A stretch of 64,000 bases of DNA, taken from contig NC_064841.1 in NCBI RefSeq assembly GCF_024166365.1, positions 46,503,680-46,567,679 on the forward strand, in the 5' to 3' direction. This DNA comes from Elephas maximus (Eukaryota). A model generated the notes under the pieces. The model was not told the origin of the DNA, did not search any database, and worked only from the letters and a program-made list of their open reading frames with translations. Below are positions 1 to 12,352 of the stretch, piece by piece (within the stretch, counting starts at the first letter, position 1; every line of letters starts with the position of its first letter). The position numbers and the translations under genes were made by a program.

Positions 1-2259
1 ACGGTTTTTAACTTGACTTTTATTTACTTTTTGCCCAAGCAACTAAATGTTCCACAAAATATAGTATACATTTTTAGGTAAAAGGTTAACAGAACACTTT
101 CTCTCTCGCACAAATGTGACCTTAGATTAACTCTCTAGCTCTATTCCAATAGAAACCTGATAAAGGTAGAATGTTGGCTATAAAATTAGGCAAAAATACT
201 TAGGTGATAATGACCGCTGGTTGGTAAACTGTATCTGGACAATGAATGGACTATAAACACCTGGTGGGGAGCCTTAACTGTGGGTTTCCCTGAGAGCAAT
301 GACTCTTATAACTGGACATGTCCCTTGAGCGCATCTTGAATCCATGCCAATATTACAAGAGATACTGGCTCCTGTGGGGTAGAGCTTCTAAGCTCTCCTG
401 GAACCTGTACCAACCTGATGTGAGTCTCCTTCCCCTCCACCTGGGCTGACACCTGTAGCAGGAATCTGCGCGAACTGCTGTGAGGACCACCCCCACTAAA
501 GAGAAATGCCTGGTGCTGCCCTGCCTGCATAAGGAGTTTTCTGGTCTGTACACTTCTAGTGCCAGCGTGGTCCTTGGTAGATTTGTAAGTCTAAATGTCT
601 AGTTTAGAAGACACCTTAATGGGTGCTGCAGCATTTTAGTTACACTTTAGGTATTAATTCTGAATCTATGTTTGTTTCATAATTATTTTAGAATGGAACA
701 GTGCTCTTGATTTGATGCCTCTGCAAAGCCTTCCTTAACTTTCCCAGGTATCAGTATTCTCACAATGGATTATAATTATTAATGCTTTTATTTCCTTCCA
801 GATAGTAATTTCTGAAGACTAAGGTGTGGCATAATTTTTATCTTTGGGTCCTGGCATCTAATAGATTATTTGGCATATAGCAGATGCTTAATAAAGTATA
901 TTAAATGAATTACTTTTAGAGATGTTAATAGAAAAATATTTCATAAGTGATTTGGAAAATGAGCAGGAACTTTCTATGCTCTGCAACCCAGTGAGTGATT
1001 TCCTATGGCGACACCTCCAGACCATCCGTTCAGGGTACACCATTCTCACTCAGCTCTCCTCACCTGCAACACTCCAAAAGAGAACAAATTTCTTCTTCGC
1101 AAAATGATTTACCAGGTAAACTTACTGGTTTGTTCGTTAACCATGTTAAAGAACCTAATTATGGACAAGGGTGGACAAACACAGAGGAATCAATATAAAC
1201 ACCAGTACCTCAATGCCATCGGCCAGGAGGAAACATGCGGTTATTAGAAAAGGATAGTCCCACTGTTCCTGGAAGCACTGCATTTCCACTACTACAATTT
1301 CCTTCCCGCCCTCTGCCTCAATCTGAAAAAAATACACTATATTACAAACTGCGTTAGTTGAATAACAAACCACACACACCATTTAAAATGACGATTGTGA
1401 AAGTAACACATGTTCATTTGGAGATATAATTTAGAAAATACAGAAAAGTATAAAAAAATTAAAATCACCTTACATTCTACTATAGATATACAGTCACTTA
1501 ATATTTTGGTATATGCCCCTCCTGTATTTTTACCATAGATACCTCTGTATATGTTTAAATAGTACCACTTTTCACATTTTCTTTATCACAGAAGGAAATG
1601 TTATTTTCAAATTCCATTAAGATATCTAAAAAATACTAATGGAGCCTCATTTTTGAATACTAGTATTAATTTTCATTTGTATAAGGCCAGAGAAAAGGTT
1701 TTGTTTCATTTTGTTTTAATGCAAAAGCAGTGGAAATTTAACATGGCATAAGTATTTGGTGTCAAATCTGCCATTTTAAAATATAGGAAACGGTTAATTA
1801 CAGGGAGAAATTTCATTTTTAATGTTATATTTATTGTCTGTACTGTTTAAATTTTTATTAAGAATATACATTATTTTTACAGTAAAACACTAAAAACTTA
1901 GATATTAAATTTAAAATGTGACAATTTTCTTGACTTAAAAATCAACTTACATATTATGCAATTTTTATTCAGAATGCACAAATTTTCAAAACAATTAGAA
2001 AATTACTGAACAAGAAAACAATCAGAAGGTTTTTTGTTCTTTTTTCCAAATTGAAATTGAACTCTTACTTTTTCCAAGGTGTCATATTTTGCAACTTCAA
2101 ATTCTTGAGGAAAATGAGGAATTTCAACATTCTCTGTATAAAGCCTGAAATTTGTATAATTAAAGTGTTAATATTAAAATGGATTTTTAGATCACAGAAT
2201 TTTTCTTGAAGATCTCCTAATTCCTTATAAAATACACTGTCTTTGCCTGATGCTGTATC

Positions 2260-3273
2260 TTAGGTATTCTAACAATGAAATGAGCTCATTCCTCCCCGAC
2301 TCTGATTCTAAGCATTGTGACTGACTGTACTGGAAGGAGAGACTGCATGGAGCAGATGCAGGAGATGTAAAAGCACTAGGCCAACAGATTGAAGAAAGCG
2401 TCGTGCGGAGATGGCCTGTGTGCACAGCCAGGCTTCAGTCTAGAGACACGATGTGCCTACAGAAGATGCACTACCACTTGCTAGACCACAGCCAACTCCC
2501 TTCAAAATTAATGGGTCACAATTCTTATAATTCATACTTTTTATTTTGGATTTTGTTCTCTTTTAATACTACTCTTAACAAATAAAGTTAAGTCCAAATG
2601 TGATGCCAAATTAGTAACTGCTGTTTTGGGAACATGTTAAGAAGCCATATAGAACTTTAGACTCACATACCCCATTTGGGGACAGTTGTTATTTCCATTT
2701 TTGAAAATGTCAGGTACGAGTGATTAAATGTCTTTATGGTTAAGGCTATTCAGTAAGGTAACAAAGTGAGCAGGCCTCCTAAATATTAACTCCAGTGATT
2801 CCTCTCTTTTAAAACTCAGTTAATCTAACAATTACATCCAATTTCACATAATACTGAGAAGCTAAAAATAATTATTACCATAGTAGTTGAAGTAAAAGGT
2901 CTTAAATAATTAAAAATTTCATAAAGAATTACATAAGCAAAATTAATTAAAATACTAAAAAAAACCCTATGAATGTATAAATAGTATTTTAATACTATGC
3001 TTAAGGTTTCAAACTTAAGCATTAATTTTGAAGGGAGTTGGCTGTGGTCTAGCAAGTGGTAGTGCATCTTCTGTAGCCACATCGTGTCTCTAGACTGAAG
3101 CCTGGCTGTGCACACAGGCCATCTCCGCACGACGCCTTCTTCAATCTGTTGGCCTAGTGCTTTTACATCTCCTGCATCTGCTCCATGCAGTCTCTCCTTC
3201 CAGTACAGCCAGTCACAATGCTTAGAATCAGAGTCGGGGAGGAATGAGCTCATTTCATCGTTAGAATACCTAA
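2260..3273. repeat. Large inverted repeat: 254-bp arms (2260-2513 and 3020-3273) flanking a 506-bp AT-rich spacer
   Basis: The two arms are reverse complements with only a handful of mismatches. The mirrored six-frame ORFs read MHTGHLRTT(L/P)SSICWPSAF... on opposite strands (2225-2425 minus vs 3108-3293 plus). There are no obvious TSDs and no coding content. Confidence 0.85.
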
Positions 3274-3532
3274 CATGTCTGCAAACTCCGTAGAGTCATA
3301 ACAATCAGAAATACATTACTTGGTGAAATCCACAATGTTTTCCTTCTCTGTGGAATTGTCCAGGGATGGATCATCTGTTTCCACTTCTAGAATTAAAACA
3401 AACAAAAAGCTTGTTTACTGATCAAAGATTTACTATAATTAGTAAATAACTGCTGCAGTTGTTATGATTCTTGAATATGGACTGTATTAACCATGTTACT
3501 TTTGTTTTGTTTTGTTGTCCTTAAATTAGCTA

Positions 3533-3740
3533 TGTTGTTGTTGTTGCTGAGTACCACAGAGTCAATTCTGACTCACAGGGACCCAACTTGACAGAGTGGA
3601 ACTGCTCCATAGGGTTTTCTTTGGCTGTAATCTTTACAGAAGCCAAGTTGCTAGGTCTTCCTCAGAGCTGCTGGGTAGGTTCGAACCACCAATCTTTCAG
3701 TTAACAGCTGAGCACTTAACAGTTGCACCACCAGGGCTCC
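3533..3740 (-). mobile_element. AfroSINE-type tRNA-derived SINE (long variant)
   Basis: The reverse complement begins GGAGCCCTGGTGG..GTTCGAACC (tRNA-like head). The 3' region is ..CTGTGAGTCAGAATTGACTCTGTGGTACTCAGCAACAAC. It is flanked by a direct repeat, ccttaaattagcta (3518-3531 and 3741-3754), consistent with a TSD. Confidence 0.8.
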
Positions 3741-6700
3741 TTAAATTAGCTACAGTTATTGGTAACCCAAAGGCAATACAAGTGACAAAAGAGGAAGGTA
3801 TGTAACATGGACAGAATATATTATAATTCTATTTAATAGGCATATGAGGGAAATTCTAACATAATCTATATTACTTGAAACTCATTGACAGACATAAAAT
3901 TTTTGACTGGCATTCTTCTCTTGTGAAGATTACGGTAAGCATATTATGAAATGTATTTCTCATACACTGCAGGGTCAGAATGAGGTTCTGAGTGCCCTGT
4001 TACAAAGGAAGAAACCCAGATGCTCTAGTTTAGAGAAGGGAAACTCAAGGGCTCCTTTGTGAGGCTGGACTTTCTGTCTTACATTTTTCTTATCTAAAGC
4101 ATTATCGTATATAGAAGTAACTCTTTTTAATGCAAGGATTTTTTTGACTATTAATTACACTGTCATGAGTTCAAAGATTATCAATATATTTGTAGTAATT
4201 CTGAATCTGCATGTTTCTGGACGTTGAAAAATATGTTTTCATTGTGAAAGGAATCTACCTTCCTGCCCATTAGTCTTTTAGCTACCATTTACTGAGACAG
4301 CAAGAAAGCATGACAACAGTTAGCTACCATTTACTGAGCCCATGACAAAGTATGAAGACAGTGGCAGCATTTCTGGACCGTGTTTGTCCAAAAAGGGTTC
4401 ACCTTTATCAACATGTTTATTATAATATCTACCATATTTCACGTGCCTAATATAAGTTAATATTTATTAGAACTGCTTGACATTTGATCTAATCTGTGAG
4501 AAATGTATTTCTCTATGTTCAAAAGCTTTCTTCTTGGCCAGATTCCAAAGTAAAATCTGGGTTTATGAAAGATACGTTGCTTTTGGAGAGACTGTGTTTT
4601 GGAAAGAGTTTCTCTAGCAAAATGCTAGTCGTAAAATTTCCATAGTCATTAAGTTATGGTAATAATTTTCTAACACAAAGGTTATTTTCTCCTCCCAGTT
4701 AAAATTACACCTCAAGGTTTCTGAGATGGTAAGTGTTTTTGCAGTCATTTTGAATCTGACCACACTAGACTGGATGCTGAGAAATCTATTTCTATTTCTA
4801 ACACAATTTTTTGTCCTTCGCTATTTTTTGCTGCCTATTTTTCGAGGTAATAAGAAGCCTAATTAATTTTTTAGCACTTCTGGACAATCCTTTGTCTATA
4901 CTATCTTCACAAATCAAAATGTTTACTGTAGTACCTTGTGGAGTTAACTTTAAGATCAATTTGGTCTTTCTCCTTGCTTCCTGAAAGATAACCTCTAAAA
5001 CCTTGAACTTTCCCCAGTGATTAATGTATCTTTGTGAGGACTTCAGACCACACCTAAGGGTTTATGACTTATGTTGGGTTTATGACTTATGTTGGGTGGG
5101 GGATGACCATGCCAGAAAGACCTGCCATGTGATATCAACCTCATGATGTCAACCTTGTGGTATCAACCAACCTCAGGGGAAAGGGGATGAAATTTGAATT
5201 ATATAATGAGACCTCCAATAAATGCTCTGGACATGAAAGCTCCATGGGCTTCCTGGTTGGTGACAGACATCAGTGCACATGGAAACTCAGGTAGCACGTC
5301 TCTTTTTGGAACATGAAAGCTTCACATTGGGAACCATCCCAGATCTCACCCTACGCCACCTCTTCACTTATATCCTTTTTGCTATAATAAACCTGCAAAT
5401 GTTAGTTTAGCACTTTCCTGAGTTCTATGAGTTGTTCTAGTGAATTACAGAACCCAAGAAAGTAGTAGAACCCAGTAGGTCCGAAGTGGAGAGGGGGACC
5501 TGGGCACCCCTGAGCTTATGGCTGGCATCCTGAGGGGGTAGTGGGAAAACCCTGAATTCGTGGCCAGTAGGTCAAAAGTGAGGGTGTCATGGGAACTCTC
5601 ATGCTTATATGGCTGGCATCTGAGGTCCTGGGCAGACTTAGCAGTCTGGAGGACTGTGCCCTATAACTTGTAAGATCTGACCTAGCTCCAGGTGGTTACA
5701 GTCAGAGGAATAAGTCCTGCATGTGCAGCTGGTGTCTGGACAGAAGGGGACAGAATTGAACTGATCCTTACAATTTGGTGTGAGTACTGGGATTTGATTT
5801 TTCCACAGTACACCTATAATGTATTAAGTGCTTAATAGGAAACAAATACTTACCAGAACTAGTTTCCTTTTGACCAGGAGGTAGTGTGATGTCCAATGAC
5901 TTATTAGGATTGTAATTCTCTACATCCAAGAGTCTCCTTTCTTTGATAGATTCCCATATAAAATCTGGGTTTACAATATGGATATGTTTCTCCTGGATAG
6001 ATTTCATTTGATACTGACTCAGAACATCAGCATTGTCTATGATTACATGTGTACACTACAAATAAAAGAATCAATGCAATATGCATTAGTAAAAACACAT
6101 TTAAATAATTAGCATCTGTAACTTTCACCTTTAAAAAGTCTTGTTTGAAGTTAATTTGTGGTAATTTTTCTCAGGTTTCTAAAACTTTTATAAATAATTT
6201 CTAGCTACATAAAAGTTTTTAAAAAATGTGTTTTTAAAGAGTATGGATGTACCATAAGATTAGTCAACCCTAGAGGATGTTTCCAAGTTTTCACTATCAT
6301 AAACAATGCTATGATGAACATCCTCATGTATAACTCTTTGTGTACTTGTTCAATCATTTTCTTAGGAGTGGAATGGGAGGTTCAAAGGATATTCTTTATT
6401 TATGTATTTTAATTTGTTACTTTGTAATTTCATTAATTTATTTTTTTGAATAATTAGTACATGCTTATTGGTGAATAGCAAAAAAGTAAAATAATATTAA
6501 TATATTAATTTCTCCCCCAGTTACTCTCTGCTCCCAGTTACTCTCTCCAGAGGTACCTGCTGTAACCTGTTCTTCATGTGTCCTTCTACAGATATTCCAT
6601 GCATAGGCAAATACACATAAATACTTTTAACCACAAATGACAGCGTACTATGCACACTTCTGTATTTGCTTTTCTACTCAACAATTTATTTTGGAAGTCA

Positions 6701-8484
6701 TTCCTCATCATTACTTGTGGGGCTGTCTCATGTAAATTTCAAATGTTTATATACATTGACAAAATAACTTCCAAAAAGACTGCATTCATAGTATGTGAGA
6801 GTTTCTAAGAATTAAAGATCATGTTGGCATTCTCCACCAAAATATTAAATGAGAAGTTATAACAAGTATGCATTATTCATCCATCCACAGACATGGTAAG
6901 AACAGGTAAGTAAGGGAGGCTATATGAGGGAAGTATATACAATTCTGCCTAAAATGGAGATAAATAGAAACATTCTATTTCTGATATTCACATAATAACT
7001 ACTAAGCATTAGAGAAAAACCCAGCGTCCAGCTGGAGCTGAACTTGCTTCACAGGACACACACGACTCACCTATCACTACACCCCAGGGCTGGGGGTTCG
7101 AGGGTGGAGGAGATGACTAGGTCAGCCTAATCAACAGAGGGAAGAACTCTGAGAGTCAGGTCCTGCATTTGCAGCCCTGTGACCCAACTGGACCTGTAAA
7201 GAACCTTTGGGCTTCGTTTTTTTTACTTCTTACAAAGATGTGGTTAAAAAAGAGAAGGTTAGCCTTAATTATTTCCAAGATTTCATCTAGCTATAAAATT
7301 TTATATCTAAACTGTCGGGGCCTACAGTTCATTTCAAGAAATGGAAGGCAGCTTCCTTCAGCTTTAAACAAATAAAACACACAGTATAAGTTATACCCCA
7401 GAGACCAGTTCACACTGCATATTTTTGTGTCTATCTACCATGAGCCTCACTCAGAGGTATCACTAGAGTTGACATTTTGACTAGTGACTACAGTGTTCTT
7501 TTTGCAAATGCACTATGACTTTTCTCCTTTGACAACATTTTTAGCCTGAAATTATTTCTATTTACATATTCATCTGTGCTCTAATAATATCAGATCCACA
7601 GGCATCTGAGTCATTGCGCAACTGACTGAAACAGGAAGAAGACAGGACCACGCTGTCTTCCCTCCACTGACCCTCCCTGGCCAAACTTGCGCGTTAGCAA
7701 TGTCACAATTTTTCTTGCCTTTACCGACTCTTCTATCATCACTGCCATTCCGGCTGCAAAATTTTCTCTGCTTGTTCTTCTTACCATGACCCACATTCCC
7801 ATAATGCAGGGTGTTGATCACACAGTTCTTACAAAATTTGCAAATACCTGGGGATTTAATGAAAATGAAAAATTTCCACCATTTTCTTTAATGTCAGTTT
7901 GTAGCTTTTTCTTCTGCTGACGAGGTAAGTACTTGACTTTCAAATAGAAGGTACAATATGCAAAGATTCCCACAGTCATCCTGTAGAAAAAAATAAATTT
8001 CAAGCCATAGGTTTTAAGAACTCTCCTCTCAGCGAATCTGACAGTAAATTTAGCATTGTTCTACATGCAAACCGTAGGAGAATTGGGCATTATTGGAAAA
8101 AAAAAAAAGTATTACAATCATGTTACAGTCACAAAAAGAGAACATGATTTATCCTAATTTGCAACATGTACATTGGTTTTAGAATCATTTCTAGCTTTTA
8201 CATCAGATATGACACTAAAAATCCCTTCATACAGGGAAGTGTGCATATATCGTGGGGTTGGTAACCAGTGTCACAAAACAATATGTGTACTAATTGTTTA
8301 ATGAGAAGCTGGTTTGTTCTGTAAACCTTTGTCTAAACTACAATAAGATAATAAATAAAAATCCTTTTCTACACGCTCATAATATATCCTAATGAAAACA
8401 TGACAAATTTCAGTACAGAAGAGTGCATGGCTCAAGACTACAGAAGCAATTATTTCTAAACTAAAATTTAATATTAAGTGATAC

Positions 8485-10651
8485 TGAAATCACTGGGCTA
8501 AAGCGTGACCAACGCACCGCAACTCCAGAGTCACGCCATCTCCAACAGCCAGCTCCCACGCCATTTTCTTTTTCTTTTTTTCCCTTTATTCCATCTCTTT
8601 TTCCTTCCTACCTAGCCCTATACGCCACATTCCCCCTTTCCTCTGGGCCACACCACACCACTGTGGCTAGAGACCTACCAAACAACTGCTGCCCAGGGTC
8701 CACCCGGCCCCCACCCATCCCCTACCCACCATCTCCCACCAGACCATTTTTTAATTTTATTTCATTTTTTCCCTTTTTTTTTTCTTTCTCCCTCCCACCT
8801 AGCCCTATTTACCACCTCTACATCTTCCCACTGGGCCATGCCACAGCACATTGCCTAGAAGGCCACTGGCCCACCACCACCCTGGGTCAATCCCATGCAC
8901 ACCTGTCAGCTCCTGACATGCCACCATTTTTCTCCCTTTTACTCCTTTTCTTTCTCCCTACCACCTAGCCCTCTACACCACCTTCACCCCTTACTGCAAA
9001 CCCTCACTGCGTCACAGCAGCAAAAAGCCATCAGGCCACCACTGCCACAGGTCCGCCCTACCCCCACGTATTGGCTTCCATCAAAGTGCCTTTTTATTTG
9101 CTTTTTTTCCCCTCACATAACTGTCTCACAGAGCCCTCCCCTCACATATGTTACCTCCCCCCCTTCCCACTGGCCCTTGGGCACGTCCCGCCCCCACTCA
9201 CCAGCCCCCACCTTGCAGCCAGTTTTTTTTATTTCTTTCTTTTTCTTCATCTTCTTTTTCTTTCACACCTGCCCTGTACATCACCTTCCCCCTTCCCACC
9301 AGACCCTGCCACACTACCATGGCTAAAGAGCCACTGGTGTACTGGAACACCACTGCCCTGGGTCCACCCTAACCCCCTCTGATCCCCACCTTGCCACCAT
9401 ATTTTTCTTTATTTTTTCTTTCAACCTCCCACCTAACCACTGCATCACCTCCCCTCCTTTTGACCAGCCCCTGGGTCCACCATGCCCCCACTTTCTGGCC
9501 CTCACTGCATCACCATTTTTCCCCTTATTTCCTTTCTTATTTTTCTGTCTCCCCCCAAAACAGCTCCTTACACTACCTCCCACTATGTCCCAGAGGACCT
9601 GCCATGCTGCCACAAATAAAGTACCACTGGCACATCAACCTGAAGCTGCTCTGGGTCAGCTCCACCCCCACCCACTGGCCACCACTGTGTTGCCATATGT
9701 ATTTTTTCTTTTCCTTTTCTCTGTTTTCCTTCTACCTCCCACCTAGCCCTGTACACCGCCTCCCCCCCTTCCTGCTAGTCCCCAGTGCTACACACCCCCA
9801 CCTACTAGCTATCCTTTTTTTCTCCCTCTTTTCTTTCTCCCCCCTACCTTGCCCTGTATGCCACTCCCTTCCCACCGGCCCCCATAAAGCTGCTGCGCCT
9901 ACAGTATCCTCAGTGCAGAGGCCCACACTACCCCTCCCATTCTGCCACGAGAACAGCTGCTGAACACTGGGAAGTGAGCCTGTACCACTACTTGTCTTAT
10001 ACCTCCACTTATCTATCACGGGGCTGTAAATGCTCCCAAACTAATGGACCAACATCAGGAGGCAGACAGCATTTGCTCAGTTCTCCCTCAGCCACCTCAC
10101 CAAACCAACGAGGCAGGATCACCTGCCTACAGCTCCCCTGCCCACCCAGACAAGGTGGTGAGAGCTATCATCCATACATACAAGCAAGCAGAAAGGAATG
10201 CCTGACCCAACCGGCTGTGCTGACATATCAAAAAAAAAAACCAAAGAAGCAGAATAAAACAAATGAACATTACAATCAATAAATAAAGAAAATAATACCT
10301 TAAAGTCTCAGAGACAGCAGACAATATTAAAACACATAAAAATGCAAGACAAGAGGACTCCAGTGAGTGACCAAAATTAAGAATCACATGCCTTCCAGTA
10401 GAGAAGAAATGGTAGTGGAATTACCTGATATGGAATTCAAAACACTATTATTTAGGGCTCACTGAGAGATATCAGTAAGAAGATCAAAGAAAACACATAT
10501 GAAACCAAGAAAAAATAAGGCAAAATCATGCAAAACACAGATAAAAACCAATGAAAACATAGACAAAATCAAGGAAAACACAGAGAGAGCAATAAAAGAA
10601 TTCAGGAAAATAATAAAAGAACAAAACATAAGAAAAAATAAATGAAGGACA
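8485..10651 (+). mobile_element. L1 copy A (old), 5' part: monomeric 5' UTR, non-monomeric leader and ORF1 N-terminus; interrupted at 10651 by L1 B
   Basis: A tandem-monomer array is followed by a leader homologous to 48640-48800 and 50210-50300 of copy D. ORF1-like translation follows (..ELPDMEFKTLLF..KEFRKIIKEQNIRKNK). The sequence resumes in frame at 17041. Confidence 0.8.
8560..9950 (+). repeat. Tandem array of about 8-9 CT-rich monomers of roughly 150-165 bp (L1 A 5' UTR promoter monomers)
   Basis: The unit recurs as tttctttctccctcccacctagccct(a/g)tacaccacctcc...ctgggcca..ccac... Each unit carries a 40-60 nt polypyrimidine tract. The same monomer family recurs at 47700-48640. Confidence 0.75.
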
Positions 10652-12352
10652 AGGCCAAGATGGCGGAGTAGTCAGACGCTTCCAATGGTCCCTCTTACAC
10701 CAAATACCCGGAAGAAAAAAACAAGCAAATCGATTATGTATATGACAAGCTAAGAGTCCTGAATGTCAAAGGCAAAGTGAAGAAATCGGACTGAGTGGCA
10801 GGAAGAGGGGGAGACGGTTCAGAAGCAGTGAGGAGTTGCCAAACCTGACTCAGTGGGAATTGGTGCCCCTCAACTCTGATCCCCTGGCACGACCACAATA
10901 GCATTTGGTGTGCGGTTTCCTTAGAGAGAGCCAGCGCCATACAGTCTACTCACGCCTCGGGAATCAGTGAAGAATAGCACTCTTGGCATAAGATAAGTGC
11001 TTGCATCTATTTACAGCATGGATCAAATCCTTCCCCTTTCCAAAGAACTCTCTCATTTATCTGATCCCTCCTCCCTCTACCTCAGGCTCCAAGCCAGTTT
11101 CATTGACAGCTATTTCCCTGGGCGTGAGATACGTCCTACTGCACACCTGAGCCATTTTCCTGGCCTAGGAGAAGGAACAAATTAACAAATGGGGAAAAAA
11201 TAATCTGCCGGCTCCCCGAAGCTGGGAACTTAGGGCAAGGGGACTCCTGTCCAGGTACAAGTGGTCCACGAACTTTGAATGTCTTTCACCCCTATGTGAA
11301 CCCATTTCAGCAGCGAGGCCCTTGTTGTCACAGTGCAGTGGTGTATGTGCCTGAGGTCTGACTTTAACTGTTTCAGCTATGCAGCAGAGAGGCAGGTTTT
11401 TGATGTTAGACACCACTCTGTCTATTAAGCAGAATACTTACCTACCCACATCAGGGGCCTGAAGACTGGTGGCTCCACCCGCACCACCTAGCTATCTGCG
11501 AAAGGGGTCCGAGGATAAGTGGTGCCTCCCAGTCCTTAGAGGTAAAACCACTGGGTGGCTATAGGGCCCACCCACCTGTGTGCACCAGACAACAGGGATG
11601 CACCTTCCTCACAGACATTTGGAGGGTGGTTGTCAGTCCTCTGCCTTGCTCAGAATGTAACCTCCTGCTGCAACCAAAACCTTTACCAACTACTCAGAGA
11701 AACCATGTAGGCAAGAAGGCAATGGGATGACATATATAAAACCTTGAAGGAAAAAAAACTGCCATCTGAGAATCACATATCCAGCAAAACTGTCTCTCAA
11801 ATATGAAGGTGAAATTACAACATTTCCAAATAAACAGCAGTTTTGGGAATTTGCAAAAACCAAACCCAAACTACAAGAAATACTTAAAGGAGTCCTTTGG
11901 GTAGAAAATCAATAACATCAGATACCAACCCAAGATTAAAAGACAAGATAGAGAAACCACGTATCAACCCAGATAGGGAAATCACAAAAATAAATCAAAA
12001 TAAAGAAAATGCTCAAAACAGGGAGAGACATTATGTAAACGATGACAACATTAAATCACTAAAGAGGGACTAAAAAATGTAGTCATAGATCTATCAAATG
12101 GAGAGGAATTCAAGGTGATATGGAGAGAGAAAAGTATTATATAGACCCAGAAAAAATAGGGGCAAATAATGAGGTAACCACAAAGCAGACTAACAATACT
12201 ACACATCAAAAATAAATATGACAAAAAAAAAGACTCAGCAAAAACAAAATCAACAACAAAAATGAGGAAAAAAAATTTATAAAGCAAAACTACTCAACAC
12301 AAAAAATTAAGTGGGGAAAAGAAAATGTCAACAACACAAAAAAGACTACAAA

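Noticed and set aside
1-2259. Short ORFs (60-80 aa) in unique flanking DNA at 1-2259, 3750-8480 and 21400-22500
   Set aside because: There are no splice-consistent structures and no recognisable domains, and the sizes match random expectation in AT-rich DNA. No host gene was called.
5000-5760. Possible ancient LTR-like repeat (contains CCAATAAATGCTCTGG and GCTATAATAAACC, plus internal short duplications such as ggtttatgacttatgttgg x2)
   Set aside because: No termini, TSD or second copy in the window could be defined. It is left unannotated rather than guessed, and a Dfam search would settle it.
8560-9950. Tandem repeat arrays considered as CRISPR-like or satellite
   Set aside because: The units are contiguous 150-190-bp monomers without unique spacers. 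They are directly continuous with L1 leader and ORF1 sequence and recur at the 5' ends of other L1 copies. They are L1 promoter monomers, not CRISPR or satellite DNA. The whole window is eukaryotic, so prokaryotic operon or defence-system models do not apply.
8663-9963. Proline-rich ORFs of 100-190 aa on both strands across the CT-rich L1 monomer array (and again at 47700-48900)
   Set aside because: These are artefacts of a polypyrimidine tandem repeat (CCN = Pro, TTY = Phe, CTN = Leu). They are periodic with the monomer and overlap in several frames.
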